Shown piece after piece: positions 35,463 to 46,585 of a stretch of DNA of 64,000 nucleotides. This DNA is from Candidatus Krumholzibacteriota bacterium (lineage in GTDB: Bacteria > Krumholzibacteriota > Krumholzibacteriia > JAJRXK01), in NCBI GenBank assembly GCA_963727455.1, contig CAVSGG010000017.1, positions 160,001 to 224,000 of the forward strand, in the 5' to 3' direction. A program made the position numbers and the translations under genes. Every line of letters starts with the position of its first letter. The stretch's first letter is position 1. The notes below the pieces were generated by a model. It was not told the origin of the DNA, did no database searches, and saw only the letters and a list, made by a program, of their open reading frames with translations.

Positions 35463-37778
35463 ATGCGCGGTCACGGGAAATACTGGTGGGGTCTGGGGGC
35501 GACGCTGGTCGTTGCGTTCACGATCCTGGGCTTCTTCGGTCGGGAGGTGTACCGCAAGGCGCCACCGCTACCCGAGCGGATCGTCTCGGAAAACGGCACG
35601 GTGCTCATGACGCGCGCCGACATTCTCGACGGCCAACAGGCTTGGCAGAGCCTGGGCGGGCAGCAAATGGGTTCGATTTGGGGCCACGGGGCCTATCAGG
35701 CGCCGGACTGGTCCGCCGATTGGCTGCATCGGGAGTGCCTGGCGTTGCTCGGTACCTGGTCGCAAGAGGAACGGGGGCGCGAGTACACGGCGCTGGGTGA
35801 TGCCGAGCAGGCCATCTATCGCGATCGCCTCGTCCGCACCATGCGTCGCAACACTCTGGACGTATCCACGGGAACCCTCGTGTTGAGCCAGGACCGCGTC
35901 GAGGCCATCGCCAAGGTCGCGTCCTACTATCGCGCGCTCTTCGGAGGCGATCCCTCGCTCCATCAGCTGCGCGAGAACTATGCGATGCAGGAAGTCGCGC
36001 TCAAAGACCCGCAGCGGCTTCAGACTCTGACCGATTTCTTCTTCTGGACCAGCTGGGCCTGCGCGACCGACCGACCGGGAAGCAAGGTGAGTTATACGAA
36101 CAACTGGCCGCACGAAGATCTGCTCGACAATCGTCCGACCGGCGCCAACGTCTTGTGGACCGTCATCAGCGTCATGCTCTTGCTTGCCGGCGTCGGCAGC
36201 CTGATCTGGTATCGAGCTTTCCACGGGAGTGGAGAACCGGCAACCGAAGCTCCCCTGCGCGATCCGCTGGATGGACTGCAACTCACCCCATCCATGCGCG
36301 CGGTAGCCAAGTACGTCGGAGTGGTGATCGCATTGTTCGGCGTTCAGGTGCTCCTGGGAGCGCTCACTGCGCACTACACCGTGGAAGGACAGTCCTTCTT
36401 CGGAATTCCCCTTTCCCGCTGGATTCCCTACTCACTTGCGCGTACCTGGCACATCCAGACCGGTGTGTTCTGGATCGCCACCGCCTTTCTCTCGGCCGGT
36501 CTTTTCCTCGCTCCGGTGATCGGTGGCAAGGAACCGCGATTCCAGCGACTCGGAGTCAACGTGCTCTTCGGGGCCCTGCTCTTGGTCGTGGCGGGCTCAC
36601 TGGCCGGGGAGGCGCTCTCGATCCACCAGAAGCTGAGCCTGGGGGAGGGCTTCTGGTTCGGGCATCAGGGCTACGAGTACGTCGATCTGGGCCGCGCCTG
36701 GCAAGTCGCGCTCTTCGTGGGGCTGGTTCTGTGGCTGGTTCTCATGTTGCGCGGGCTCTGGCCGGCTCTACAGCGCCGCCAGGAGAGCCGCACCCTGATC
36801 TTCATGTTCACCGGCGCCAGCGCGGCCATCGGCCTGATGTACGGGGCGGGTTTCCTCTTCAGCGCACGCACGCATCTCTCAGTGATGGAATACTGGCGCT
36901 GGTGGGTCGTCCACCTCTGGGTGGAGGGCTTCTTCGAGGTCTTCGCCACCGCGGCTCTGGCCTTCGTGTTCGCCAAGTTGGGGCTCGTGAAAGCCGACCA
37001 TGCGGGGAAGGCCGTCCTGGCTTCCAGCATCCTCTTCTTGATCGGGGGAATCCCCGGGACCTTCCATCACCTCTACTTCAGCGGGACCCCGACTTCGATC
37101 ATGGCCATTGGCGCGAGTTTCAGTGCGCTCGAGGTCGTCCCCTTGGTGCTCATCGGACTCGAGGCTTTCCAGACCTCCCGCATGCAGCGAGCGGCAGCGT
37201 GGATGCGCAGTTACCGCTGGCCCCTGCGTTTCTTCGTGGGAGTGGCGTTCTGGAATTTCGTAGGCGCTGGCCTGTTCGGATTCCTCATCAATCCGCCGCT
37301 GGCTCTGTATTACATGCAGGGTCTGAATACGACTCCCGTTCACGCGCACACCGCACTCTTCGGCGTGTATGGACTACTCTCACTTGGACTGGTGCTGCTC
37401 ATCGCGCGGATCATGAGTGGCAGAGAAAAGCAGTGGAACGAGAAGCCTCTGGCTTATGCCTTCTGGGCCATGAACGGGGGCCTTGCGCTGATGGTGCTGT
37501 TGAGTCTTTTGCCCATCGGGCTCGCGCAAACCTGGGCCAGCGTGGAGCACGGACTGTGGTATGCCCGCAGCGCGGACTTCCTGCAGCTGCCCGCACTGCA
37601 AACACTGCGCTGGATGCGCATGATCGGCGACACGATTTTCCTGAGCGGTGTCGCCTCTCTGGCCTGGTTCTTCCTGGGGCTGATCACCGGGCACAGCTAC
37701 CTGCGCGCGAGCGTGCCTTCCCGGGCCAAGGCCGTGCCGATGTGGACACGGGCCTCCGGTAGCGTCACGCGGGCGTAA
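35463..37778 (+). CDS. norB: Quinol-dependent nitric oxide reductase (qNor)
   Basis: GSIWGHGAYQAPDWSADWLHRE, SYTNNWP, QGYEYVDLGR, WVVHLWVEGFFEVF, GTFHHLYF and HAHTALFGVYG motifs. Confidence 0.95.
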   Translation: MRGHGKYWWGLGATLVVAFTILGFFGREVYRKAPPLPERIVSENGTVLMTRADILDGQQAWQSLGGQQMGSIWGHGAYQAPDWSADWLHRECLALLGTWSQEERGREYTALGDAEQAIYRDRLVRTMRRNTLDVSTGTLVLSQDRVEAIAKVASYYRALFGGDPSLHQLRENYAMQEVALKDPQRLQTLTDFFFWTSWACATDRPGSKVSYTNNWPHEDLLDNRPTGANVLWTVISVMLLLAGVGSLIWYRAFHGSGEPATEAPLRDPLDGLQLTPSMRAVAKYVGVVIALFGVQVLLGALTAHYTVEGQSFFGIPLSRWIPYSLARTWHIQTGVFWIATAFLSAGLFLAPVIGGKEPRFQRLGVNVLFGALLLVVAGSLAGEALSIHQKLSLGEGFWFGHQGYEYVDLGRAWQVALFVGLVLWLVLMLRGLWPALQRRQESRTLIFMFTGASAAIGLMYGAGFLFSARTHLSVMEYWRWWVVHLWVEGFFEVFATAALAFVFAKLGLVKADHAGKAVLASSILFLIGGIPGTFHHLYFSGTPTSIMAIGASFSALEVVPLVLIGLEAFQTSRMQRAAAWMRSYRWPLRFFVGVAFWNFVGAGLFGFLINPPLALYYMQGLNTTPVHAHTALFGVYGLLSLGLVLLIARIMSGREKQWNEKPLAYAFWAMNGGLALMVLLSLLPIGLAQTWASVEHGLWYARSADFLQLPALQTLRWMRMIGDTIFLSGVASLAWFFLGLITGHSYLRASVPSRAKAVPMWTRASGSVTRA

Positions 37779-37785
37779 TCGAAGA

Positions 37786-37814
37786 GCGGCGGGTGCTCTC
37801 GAGAGCCCCGCCGC
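37786..37814. terminator. GC-rich hairpin between convergent qnor and dinB-family genes
   Basis: GCGGCGGG-T-GCTCTC / GAGAGC-CCCGCCGC inverted repeat; no U-tract. Confidence 0.45.
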
Positions 37815-37822
37815 ATCCCCTG

Positions 37823-38296
37823 CTAGTTCTGGTTTTCGAAGAATCTCCGCAAGATCATCAACTGTCCAAAGTGATACGAATTGTGTTTGATCAGCAGGAT
37901 GGCCTCCCGTAACAGAGTTTGTCCGTCGCCATGTGCGAAGGGTTCCTCGAGATCGTTCAATGGGTCCGCGACGAGGTCCACCATACGCTTGAGGTCCTTC
38001 TGGAAGGCTTCGACGCATCTCGTCCATGCGGCTCCGCTCTTCGGCCCGCTTTCTTCGGGCCAATACCCTTCCGGCCAGGGGGGAGACTGGTACTTCGGAT
38101 CGATGGAAAACTGCAGGATGTCCTCCTGGGCCAAACGCAGATGCTCCAGCAGCTGCCACGCGGAGTGATTGAATCCCTCAGGCGTCGTTCCACGATGCTC
38201 CTGCGGAAAGCCCTCCACGATCTCTTTTAGCATGGGATGGGCATTGGACGCCTGCAGCATGGTGACGAGTTGTTCGCGGACCATATCGCTCAACAT
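37823..38296 (-). CDS. DinB family protein (putative thiol transferase fold)
   Basis: SAWQLLEHLR..Q.DIL, W(P)EGYWP and LLREA.L...HNSYHFGQ motifs. Confidence 0.85.
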   Translation of the reverse strand: MLSDMVREQLVTMLQASNAHPMLKEIVEGFPQEHRGTTPEGFNHSAWQLLEHLRLAQEDILQFSIDPKYQSPPWPEGYWPEESGPKSGAAWTRCVEAFQKDLKRMVDLVADPLNDLEEPFAHGDGQTLLREAILLIKHNSYHFGQLMILRRFFENQN

Positions 38297-38341
38297 GATA
38301 AGCTCCTTGGCTGCTAGAATCTCACTTCCACGCTGCGGCGA

Positions 38342-40939
38342 TCACTGCGCGTTTTCCACGATGAACAGACTCGAGAGCTGTCGTCCATTGCGGTAGACAT
38401 AGGACTGTTCGTCATCGGAAATGTAGCTGACGATGATCCGCAATACCCCAACCCGATCCGGAGGACCGATTCTGCCGAAGAGACTTCGCTCTCCCGTTTT
38501 GAGGTCAACGCGCTCGACGCGGCAGGGAACGCCACTGCCGTGTTTGACCAGGATCGAGCGATCATCCGCCGACCAGCGAATCGGCGCATCGTCTTCGTTG
38601 AGACCTGCAACGGTCTTCGGTTCCCCGCCAGAGAGGGGATAGATGGCGTAGGTCTTCCCCGAGACGCTCACTAGCAAGTTCTTACCGTCGGCGGACAAAA
38701 ATCCACCCAAAGTGCCCGGCGGAGTCACGGGTGTGAGGGTATCCCCGTTCAAATCCACGACGAAAAACTGAGGTGCTTGGCTTGGCAGGTTGCCTCCAAG
38801 GACGACTCTCTTCTCATCGGGGAGCCAACGCGCGTTGAAACAGTTTTCGAGTTTTCCCGGTGTGAGCTTCTGGATCTCACCCACACCGAGAGGGTAGATC
38901 ACCAATTTCGTGGGGGTGGAGGGAATGATCGACAGAACTCGCGTTCCATCACGAGTGATGTCGGCGACCATGCCCTCGCCCAGACGAACGACCGGAGAAC
39001 CGTCGATCTTCCTCAGGCATGTGGCGTAGTTGGTGCCCATGGCGCCGCTCATCTCGGTGAACACGAGTGTATTGCCATCCGGTGTCAGTCCTCCGATTGC
39101 TGACAAGTCGAGCCAGGAGAGATTGCGGTCTTGCTTCCACTGGGGCCTGTGGACCATGAGCTCGGTGCGCTGATCGTCCCGCGTGGTGAGCCACCGTCCG
39201 TCCTTGGCCGCGTCCTGGATCGTGAGGCCTCCTGCGCTCTGAAGGGCTACACGTCGTTTACCCGTCACGGTGATGCCGTAGACGGTCAAATCGTATCCGC
39301 CGTAACTCGCCGAGAAGAGAATCTCCCTCCCGTCCGCGGTCCAGGCAAGTCCCTCTTCTCCCCAGTATCCATCGGAGAGAACCGTCACCTGCCCTTCGAG
39401 ATCAACTACGTTCACAGAACCACGATCATCGTAACGAGCGGGATGTTGGAAGTAGGCGATGCGATCTCCCCGAGGAGAGACGCGCAGATCACTCATATAA
39501 CCGGCGGACTTGCAGAGCACGTGTCCCATGGGATACTCGAGCTGGTCTCGACCGTCCACGTCGCGAATCACTGCGAGTTGCGTGCCGTCAGGGGACCAGT
39601 CCGCCTCGCGCACGTTCTGCGACAACTCGCGGGGTGCGCCACCTCCCAGAGACACGCGCGCGAGTGTTCCTGAAAATAGCCGATGACTGATGAATTTCGC
39701 GTCGGTGAGGATTGCGAGTTCTCCCTCTGACGAGATCGAGAGCAGATGTGCTCTTTTCAGTCCGAGCGCTTGGGGCTCGGGATACTCGGGACGGATGGTG
39801 AAGATCTCGGGTACGTTTCCCTCAGGGGCTGCGCTGTAGACGACGGTGGCACCGTCTGGCGCAAAGAGGGCGTGAAAGATGGCGCCGGTCCGATACGCCA
39901 GCTGATGGAATTCGTGGGGGCCGCGGATGTTCTCTTTCTTGTGGAGAGAACTGAGGAGGAGCAGGCCCGAAAGGGCTGTTAACAGAGCCACGAGTGCCCA
40001 CGGCAACCATGGCCGTGTCCTCTTGAGCTTCACAGATGGCGTGTCTGTCGTTGCTCGCGACTCTGCCCCGCCAATCCAAGCCAATTCCACGGCGAGGTCG
40101 CGCGAACTTTGCCAGCGATCTTCGGGATCCTTGGCGAGACAGCGGGTGACGACACGGTCGAGGGAAACGGGCGCGAGCGGAACGAGACTGGCGATGGCGG
40201 GTGGCTGATGCTCCAAGACGGAAGCGATCAGAGAGGCCTGACTTCTGCCCTCGAACGCGCTCTTACCCGTGGCCATCTCGTAGAGAACACACCCTAGGGC
40301 CCATATGTCACTCCGAGCATCAGCCTCACGGCCTTCCAATTGCTCGGGGGACATGTATTGAAAGGTGCCGACGAGAGTGCCTTCGGCGGTCAGCGGCGCC
40401 GCAATGGTGGGGGAGTGGGCCAGCTCGGTGGACGAGGCCTCACTCTCTGAGCCACCCTTCAATCCGCTCGAGCGAGCCAGTCCAAAGTCCATGAGCTTCG
40501 CGCCGCTGCGCGTGAGCATGATGTTGCCCGGCTTCAGATCGCGATGCACCACGCCGGCCCGATGGGCTCGATCCAGAGCGTCGGCGATCTGCGCGCCGAG
40601 GCGAAGGACCTCTGACACGGGGAGCGCGCCGCGGGCAAGGCGTTGCGCCAGCGTCTCGCCCTCGATGAGTTCCATCACCAGGTAATCGGTGTCGCCTTCT
40701 CGCCCGACGTCGAAGAGGGTGCAGATGTGAGGGTGGTTGAGCCCCGACACCGTCTTCGCTTCGCGTTCGAAGCGCGCGCGAATCTCGGCTGTCGAGGAGA
40801 GATGCTGGGGCAGTACCTTGACCGCGACCTCGCGACCCAGGCGGGTATCGCGTGCGCGATAGACCTCGCCCATGCCGCCCGAGCCGAGCGGCGCGAGGAT
40901 CTCGTAAGGGCCGAGTTTGGTGCCGGGATGGATACTCAT
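38342..40939 (-). CDS. Hanks-type Ser/Thr kinase with TM segment and C-terminal TolB/PD40-like beta-propeller
   Basis: LGSGGMGEVY, HRDLKPGN, DFGLA and YMSPEQ motifs; WSPDG/FAPDG-type repeats. Confidence 0.92.
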   Translation of the reverse strand: MSIHPGTKLGPYEILAPLGSGGMGEVYRARDTRLGREVAVKVLPQHLSSTAEIRARFEREAKTVSGLNHPHICTLFDVGREGDTDYLVMELIEGETLAQRLARGALPVSEVLRLGAQIADALDRAHRAGVVHRDLKPGNIMLTRSGAKLMDFGLARSSGLKGGSESEASSTELAHSPTIAAPLTAEGTLVGTFQYMSPEQLEGREADARSDIWALGCVLYEMATGKSAFEGRSQASLIASVLEHQPPAIASLVPLAPVSLDRVVTRCLAKDPEDRWQSSRDLAVELAWIGGAESRATTDTPSVKLKRTRPWLPWALVALLTALSGLLLLSSLHKKENIRGPHEFHQLAYRTGAIFHALFAPDGATVVYSAAPEGNVPEIFTIRPEYPEPQALGLKRAHLLSISSEGELAILTDAKFISHRLFSGTLARVSLGGGAPRELSQNVREADWSPDGTQLAVIRDVDGRDQLEYPMGHVLCKSAGYMSDLRVSPRGDRIAYFQHPARYDDRGSVNVVDLEGQVTVLSDGYWGEEGLAWTADGREILFSASYGGYDLTVYGITVTGKRRVALQSAGGLTIQDAAKDGRWLTTRDDQRTELMVHRPQWKQDRNLSWLDLSAIGGLTPDGNTLVFTEMSGAMGTNYATCLRKIDGSPVVRLGEGMVADITRDGTRVLSIIPSTPTKLVIYPLGVGEIQKLTPGKLENCFNARWLPDEKRVVLGGNLPSQAPQFFVVDLNGDTLTPVTPPGTLGGFLSADGKNLLVSVSGKTYAIYPLSGGEPKTVAGLNEDDAPIRWSADDRSILVKHGSGVPCRVERVDLKTGERSLFGRIGPPDRVGVLRIIVSYISDDEQSYVYRNGRQLSSLFIVENAQ

Positions 40940-41046
40940 TTGCTGGCATCTTAGCAGCAAGAGCCCGGATCGGCCTTATTTCTCTTCGAGCCCAAAAGAA
41001 GAGCTGAACCTCCGATCCAGTAACGGAAACTCTCCGTGCTCGAGCC

Positions 41047-42057
41047 TCAGTGGACGTCGCTCCATTGCACGCTAAAAGAAAACGTATCGCCGCCGCCGGT
41101 GGTTCCCTCGATGCTGAGGCCTCCACTGCCGGTGGCGGTTACCGTAAAATGGGCTCCACTCGAATCGACCCCTCCGGACGGAATTCCAAGCGCTGAACAC
41201 GGGGTCGCAAATGACTCGCCCCAGAACTCGACCTGCCCGGAGATCGGTACCCCTTCGCCATCGAAAACCAGCATGGGCAAACCATAGGCGCCCAGACTCA
41301 TCACACCCTGTCCCGGTACGTCGAACACTACAAGTGGCTCACTCAAGCGGAAGGAGCTATAGCTGGGATCAACGATGTAATAGAGGTTGAAGCACCCGAT
41401 GGTGAAGAGATGAACCCCATCTCTAACCACACTCAACTGGGAGGCGGTATCGGTTTGCTCTGCGACCATGTCCTGAACCACGAATTGCGAGACGGGATTC
41501 CCCTCGGCAGTGATAGCGCAGGCATAGTGGCCGGTAACGTGCGTCGTGTGCGTTTGCTGTCCTTCGATCTCGCTGATGGTGAGATCGAGAGTGACATCCA
41601 GAAGAACGCTGGACCCAGTGAGTGAAAGCACGATGAGTGTCAGATTTCCCTGGGAAATGTCGTCGCAATTTGTGGCCGTCAATTCGATTTCATCAGCGAC
41701 GGACAGTTGGCCATCGTTGTCGTTGTCGTTCCACACGCCATGCGATTGCCCCGTTTCGCAGAGGCCCATATCGCCCAGATCGACTGGAGAGAGCACAGCG
41801 GATGTCTTCTGGTTGCTCGCAGCTTCGACCGCCGCGAGCAGGGCACCTTTGGCTCGATTGACGGAGATGGTGAGATCGAGTACAGATGCGAAGTAGCCCA
41901 GTGCATAGGGCGCGTTGTTGCTCGTGAAGTAGACGCCGTGCATGCCATCCCCTCCGCCCGTGACGTCATCTTCACCACCGCAGCCCGCACCGAGAAAGAG
42001 GGAGGACATCGCTAGAGCTAAGGACAAGACGAGCGCCAGGACAGTCTTCATCTCCAT
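41047..42057 (-). CDS. Hypothetical lipoprotein
   Basis: AGGAGG upstream; lipobox GAGC; DNDNDGQLS EF-hand-like loop; beta-rich sequence. Confidence 0.7.
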   Translation of the reverse strand: MEMKTVLALVLSLALAMSSLFLGAGCGGEDDVTGGGDGMHGVYFTSNNAPYALGYFASVLDLTISVNRAKGALLAAVEAASNQKTSAVLSPVDLGDMGLCETGQSHGVWNDNDNDGQLSVADEIELTATNCDDISQGNLTLIVLSLTGSSVLLDVTLDLTISEIEGQQTHTTHVTGHYACAITAEGNPVSQFVVQDMVAEQTDTASQLSVVRDGVHLFTIGCFNLYYIVDPSYSSFRLSEPLVVFDVPGQGVMSLGAYGLPMLVFDGEGVPISGQVEFWGESFATPCSALGIPSGGVDSSGAHFTVTATGSGGLSIEGTTGGGDTFSFSVQWSDVH

Positions 42058-42263
42058 CCTCCTGAATTTGTCGCAGTCTCACCGGTTCGTGGCGTGAATG
42101 TCGGTGAGCGCGAAGAGTCTAGCACAAGGGCGAAATCCAGAGCGCGGAGAAACTCCTCATTGGGACGAACGTCGGTTCAGTTCCGGGGTACCCAGAGTCC
42201 GAAACTACAGGGGGACTTGGGCCCTGGAACGAAATTTCGCGGACGGGTAGGAGTAGATTGACG

Positions 42264-43040
42264 ATGTGCCGGCAAATGACCCATTCTAAGCAGATGAATG
42301 AGTTTCAAGCTGCGCCAGCAAATCTCGCGGGGGGGAAGCCCGCCGATGACGAGGATTTCATTCTCGCTCGAAGATTGCGTACGGCCCTGGCTTGGGCCGC
42401 GCCCGTCGGCAGCGTTCTACTGGATTTTGGCTGTGGCAGCGGAGCACAGGCTCTTCTCTTTGCCGAGCATTTTCACACCATTCTCGGGGCCGATGTCAGC
42501 GAGGGATACTTGCGCGAATTCCATCGCAAGGCAGTGGCTCGTGGTCTGACAGGACATTTCCAAGGACTTTACTATGACGGGTTTCGGCTCCCCCTCGCCA
42601 GCGCAAGCGTCGATTATGCGATTTCCTTTGAGGTTCTCGAGCATGTCGAAAGCGAGACGGAGGCCCTGACGGAACTGCATCGAGTGTTGAAACCCGGATC
42701 CCCACTCGTCATGTCCGTTCCAAATCGCTGGTGGATCTTCGAGACGCATGGGGCGAGTCTGCCCCTTCTGCCATGGAATCGCGTTCCATTTTTCAGTTGG
42801 CTTCCCAAGAAGATCCACGACCGCTATGCGAGGGCGCGTATTTACCGACGCCGCGAGATCGTCGACAAGCTACAGAATCATGGCTTCGAGGTCACCCAAA
42901 GCGCTTATGTCACGGCTCCCATGGATGTGCTGAATTGGCGGCCTCTGCGAGATGCTTTGCGGTCGACCATCTTCCGTGAAGATGTGACGCGCATTCCATT
43001 TCTGGCGACCGCAGTGATTGTGTGTGCGCGTAAGGTATAG
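42264..43040 (+). CDS. Class I SAM-dependent methyltransferase (Methyltransf_11-like)
   Basis: LLDFGCGSG, SFEVLEHV and RVLKPG motifs; start codon uncertain (42258-42294). Confidence 0.85.
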   Translation: MCRQMTHSKQMNEFQAAPANLAGGKPADDEDFILARRLRTALAWAAPVGSVLLDFGCGSGAQALLFAEHFHTILGADVSEGYLREFHRKAVARGLTGHFQGLYYDGFRLPLASASVDYAISFEVLEHVESETEALTELHRVLKPGSPLVMSVPNRWWIFETHGASLPLLPWNRVPFFSWLPKKIHDRYARARIYRRREIVDKLQNHGFEVTQSAYVTAPMDVLNWRPLRDALRSTIFREDVTRIPFLATAVIVCARKV

Positions 43041-43051
43041 CGCCCCCCGAC

Positions 43052-45844
43052 TCAACGATATCCGAAGAGCACCGAGTAGAGAATGAGGCCGATGAGAATC
43101 GTGCCCAGGGTGAGCGCCGTGAACCCCAGGATCTTTACCGCCAGCATGCGCCGGTGCGATATGCTGGTGGTTTCCACGTAACGTTTCAAGCCGCCCAGAT
43201 CCTTCAGATCTGATACTGCCCGCGGGCGATCCTTCTTGTACTCCTCGTAGGGTACGACACCGGTGAAGATCACGGTGTCCATGGGGAAGGCCTCGGGCCG
43301 CAGATGGGTGTTGAAGAAGTGGATGGTGAAAATGAAGCCCACCGCCAGCAGAGCTTCGTCGCTGTGGATGATCGTTGCGACGTTGATGAGCCAGCCGGGC
43401 AAGAACTTGGTGAAGACTTCGGGCAACCAGAGCATCAGCCCGGAGAGACCGATCACCGCGATTCCCCAGAAGACGGCCAGGTAGTCGAACTTCTCCCAGT
43501 AGGTCCAGCGTCCGTACTCGGGCCTCGGCCCCTTGCCCCAGAACCACTTGATCGAGGCGATGAACTCACGGAAGTCGCGCAGGTTGAACATGAGCGAGTT
43601 GGGCCCGAAGATGAGGTCCTTCAGCGAGACCTTGCGCTTCTTCTTGAAGCGTACCAGCGAACCGAGGTGGAAGAGGAAATAGCCGAAGGTGACGATTGCC
43701 GCGGTACGGTGGATCAGTCCTGCGTTGCGTACTCCGCCGAGCAAGTCGGCGAGTTTGGCGGCCCATGGCATCCCCGAGAACTTCAGCATCATTCCCGTAA
43801 GCGCCAGGGTCAAAAAGCTCAGGATCACGAAGATGTGCGTGTACTGCTGCGGCTTGGTAAAGCGGCGTACGTAGTGGCGAGTCCGGCCCTCTTCAGCCGC
43901 CCTTCGCTTGCGCTCACGGAGATTCTTGAACGAGCGAGGTAGCCACATCAGGGTGTGAATGCCGAAGAAAGTGAATACGCCCACCAGCAGCAGGGTCATG
44001 GCCCAGTAGGTGTAGTATAGCACCGGATAGCGGACAGGATCGTGGTGGGTGGCGTGCGTCAGATAACCCGTGAAGCGCCGGTTGGCGTCTTCGTGACACT
44101 TTTTGCAAGTGGTGACGATGTTGCGGAATGCCACAGAAGATGCGGGATCGTTGACGGACAGAATCAGGTGCGCGCCGTGACAGTCAGAGCATTTTGCCGA
44201 CTTCAGAAAGCCCAGCTGGTAGGCTTTCCCATGCATCGTCTCAAGATAGGTTTTGGCTAGCTTCTTGTGACAGGACCCGCACTGTTCGGTCACCTGCTTC
44301 ATGAAGTCATCCTGCTCGGTCGGCTCGATTCGATGGGAAGAGTGACAGCGCGCACAGGTTGGCACCTTGTTCTCGTCCTTGGGATCGTTGGAGTAGTGGA
44401 TGCTCTTGATGAAGTCCTTGTAGATGCCACGGTGACAATTCGCGCAGGTAGCGGGCAGGTTCCGCGGATACACTTTCGAGCGATTGTCCGAGGCGGGGAG
44501 AATCAAATGGGAGCCGTGGCAATCGATGCAGATCGCGCTGGGTAAGAGTCCTTTTTCGGTCAGCGCGCGCCCGTGGACGCTTTTGGAATAATCGTTATAG
44601 GCGCTCTTTTCCTTGAGATCGGCTGCGAGGTTGGCTGCGCCGCCCTTGGTGTGGCACCTTCCGCAGAGGCTGGGGACGTTGGAACGGAAGGTCAGCGAGC
44701 GCTCGTCGTTGTGACGGAACGCATTGTGAGTTCCGTGGCAGTCCGTGCAGTATGGCGCCTCGGAGACGCCCTTCATCCAGTCCTTGCCGTGACCACTCTC
44801 GAAGTACTCCTCGGAGATCTTGGAGTGACAGGCCGAGCAGTCCACTCTGCCGGATGGTTCACAGGGCCGATGGAGACGCGGATCGATGTCGGAGTGGCAC
44901 TTCACACAGGGAATCGTGGTGTGCGCCGAGTCCTTCAGCACGCTCTCATCCACGTACATCGAGAGCGTATCTCCCTCCGCTGAGACGGAATGGAGTTTGG
45001 AATCCGAATGACACTTCATGCACTCGCGGTCGGAGACCGTCATGGCCACGGTCTCCTTGCGCGTGCGATGGGGACGGTGGCAGTCGGTACAGGAGGGGAT
45101 CGCGCCCGGTTTCTCCTCCCACAACTCACCCCGGATGACCTTCGCGTGCACCTGCTCGATCTGCGCATGACACTTCATGCATGTCTTGGCGATGTTTCGC
45201 GGCGAGATGCTCGCCCGTGGATCGGTGTGCGGAAGAATCTTGTGGCTGCCATGGCAGTCGTTACAGGTCGCGGCAACGATGAGTCCCTTCTTGAACAGAC
45301 CCTCGCCGTGGATGCTTTGGCTGTAATTCTCCAGGATGTTCTTCTGGCCGATCCTGTAAGTGCTCGCTACTGGCGCGCCTTCTCTGTGGCAGCGACCGCA
45401 GGTGACGGGAATGTTGGTCTTGTAGACCTTGGACTTGGGGTCGTTGGGGCGTCGAATGTCGTGGATGCCGTGACAATCGGGACAATCGGGCGCGTAGGGC
45501 AGGCCTCCGGTGAGGGCTTGTCCGTGGATGCTGGAATCGAAGTCGAGCTGTTCGTCGTCGTGGCAGTTTCCGCAGCGAACTTTGGCAAGGCGCTCTGGGT
45601 GATCTTCGCTGGCATCCTCGTGACAATCCGTGCAGGAGAGCTCGCCGTGGACCGAGGCGCCAAAGACCTTCGGATTCACGTAGAGCGAGAAGTTGGCGCC
45701 CTGCCTTTCCGTCGAAAAGTCGGGATCGTCGTGGCACATGAAGCAGGTCTCATTATCCGTCTGGGCAGACGCGATCCGCGGAAGCCCGAGGGCCCCAAGC
45801 GCGAGACACCCGAGGAGGAGGATTCGTGCAAATCCTCGGTTCAT
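43052..45844 (-). CDS. Multiheme cytochrome c (19 CxxCH) fused to an FdnI/HydC-type cytochrome b membrane domain (CbcL-like)
   Basis: Signal peptide; 19 CxxCH motifs counted; C-terminal [31 protein letters not shown] and [16 protein letters not shown] motifs. Confidence 0.9.
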   Translation of the reverse strand: MNRGFARILLLGCLALGALGLPRIASAQTDNETCFMCHDDPDFSTERQGANFSLYVNPKVFGASVHGELSCTDCHEDASEDHPERLAKVRCGNCHDDEQLDFDSSIHGQALTGGLPYAPDCPDCHGIHDIRRPNDPKSKVYKTNIPVTCGRCHREGAPVASTYRIGQKNILENYSQSIHGEGLFKKGLIVAATCNDCHGSHKILPHTDPRASISPRNIAKTCMKCHAQIEQVHAKVIRGELWEEKPGAIPSCTDCHRPHRTRKETVAMTVSDRECMKCHSDSKLHSVSAEGDTLSMYVDESVLKDSAHTTIPCVKCHSDIDPRLHRPCEPSGRVDCSACHSKISEEYFESGHGKDWMKGVSEAPYCTDCHGTHNAFRHNDERSLTFRSNVPSLCGRCHTKGGAANLAADLKEKSAYNDYSKSVHGRALTEKGLLPSAICIDCHGSHLILPASDNRSKVYPRNLPATCANCHRGIYKDFIKSIHYSNDPKDENKVPTCARCHSSHRIEPTEQDDFMKQVTEQCGSCHKKLAKTYLETMHGKAYQLGFLKSAKCSDCHGAHLILSVNDPASSVAFRNIVTTCKKCHEDANRRFTGYLTHATHHDPVRYPVLYYTYWAMTLLLVGVFTFFGIHTLMWLPRSFKNLRERKRRAAEEGRTRHYVRRFTKPQQYTHIFVILSFLTLALTGMMLKFSGMPWAAKLADLLGGVRNAGLIHRTAAIVTFGYFLFHLGSLVRFKKKRKVSLKDLIFGPNSLMFNLRDFREFIASIKWFWGKGPRPEYGRWTYWEKFDYLAVFWGIAVIGLSGLMLWLPEVFTKFLPGWLINVATIIHSDEALLAVGFIFTIHFFNTHLRPEAFPMDTVIFTGVVPYEEYKKDRPRAVSDLKDLGGLKRYVETTSISHRRMLAVKILGFTALTLGTILIGLILYSVLFGYR

Positions 45845-46011
45845 GTGACCACTCCGGCGGAAGGAGGAATCCGAACGAAAGCTCGATAACTGGGTCGAAA
45901 ACTTGTGATTTACGGGGCCCTGTCAAGGCGAAGTGGACAGATGCCCCCCCGGGAGAGACACTTCAAGGACGGTTCAAAAAGGCTGTAATTTAGCCCCTCA
46001 GGGAGGGAACC

Positions 46012-46536
46012 ATGCGGAATTTCGCGAAATTCGGGCTATGCTTCGGCCTGTTTCTGCTGAGCTCGGTGGGATGCTCTCAGAAGAGACCACCCGCACAAGA
46101 CCTGATGCACTACTCCCTGGACAGTCTGGACGGAGTGATCAGCCGCACGGGGGTCAGTTTCGACTCCGGCATTTCCAGTGACGGCAACGGTTCTTTGCAT
46201 CTTGTGACGAGCGATTCCACGACGATTCGTCTCTTCGAGACCGGGGATCTGGACGTGGAGAACGCGGTTCTTAGATATCAGGCCATGGTCCGTACGAAGG
46301 ACGTGCAGGGACGAGTCTACCTGGAGATGTGGTGTGGCTTTCCCGGGATGGGCGAGTATTTCTCTCGCGGGCTCAACAGCCAGCTCACCGGAAGCCAGGA
46401 GTGGAATCCCCAGGAGACCTCGTTCTTTTTGAAAAAGGGCGAGAATCCCAAGCGGGTGAAGTTGAATCTGGTGGTGACGGGGCCAGGTGAGGTCTGGGTC
46501 GACGACATCCATCTGACGGCGGCTCCGCTGGAGTGA
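46012..46536 (+). CDS. Hypothetical lipoprotein with a CBM-like beta-sandwich
   Basis: GGAGG upstream; lipobox VGC; GNGSL, YLEMWC..PG.GEYFSRG and G.VWVDDI.L motifs. Confidence 0.7.
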   Translation: MRNFAKFGLCFGLFLLSSVGCSQKRPPAQDLMHYSLDSLDGVISRTGVSFDSGISSDGNGSLHLVTSDSTTIRLFETGDLDVENAVLRYQAMVRTKDVQGRVYLEMWCGFPGMGEYFSRGLNSQLTGSQEWNPQETSFFLKKGENPKRVKLNLVVTGPGEVWVDDIHLTAAPLE

Positions 46537-46585
46537 GCGAGGGCGGCTGTGGCAGGCCGCGTCGCGGATTCTGAGAGGCGGTTTC

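Noticed and set aside
35463-37778. Possible NO dismutase rather than qNor
   Set aside because: The canonical HLWVEGFFE and HH ligands are intact, and the norR-ric context fits NO detoxification.
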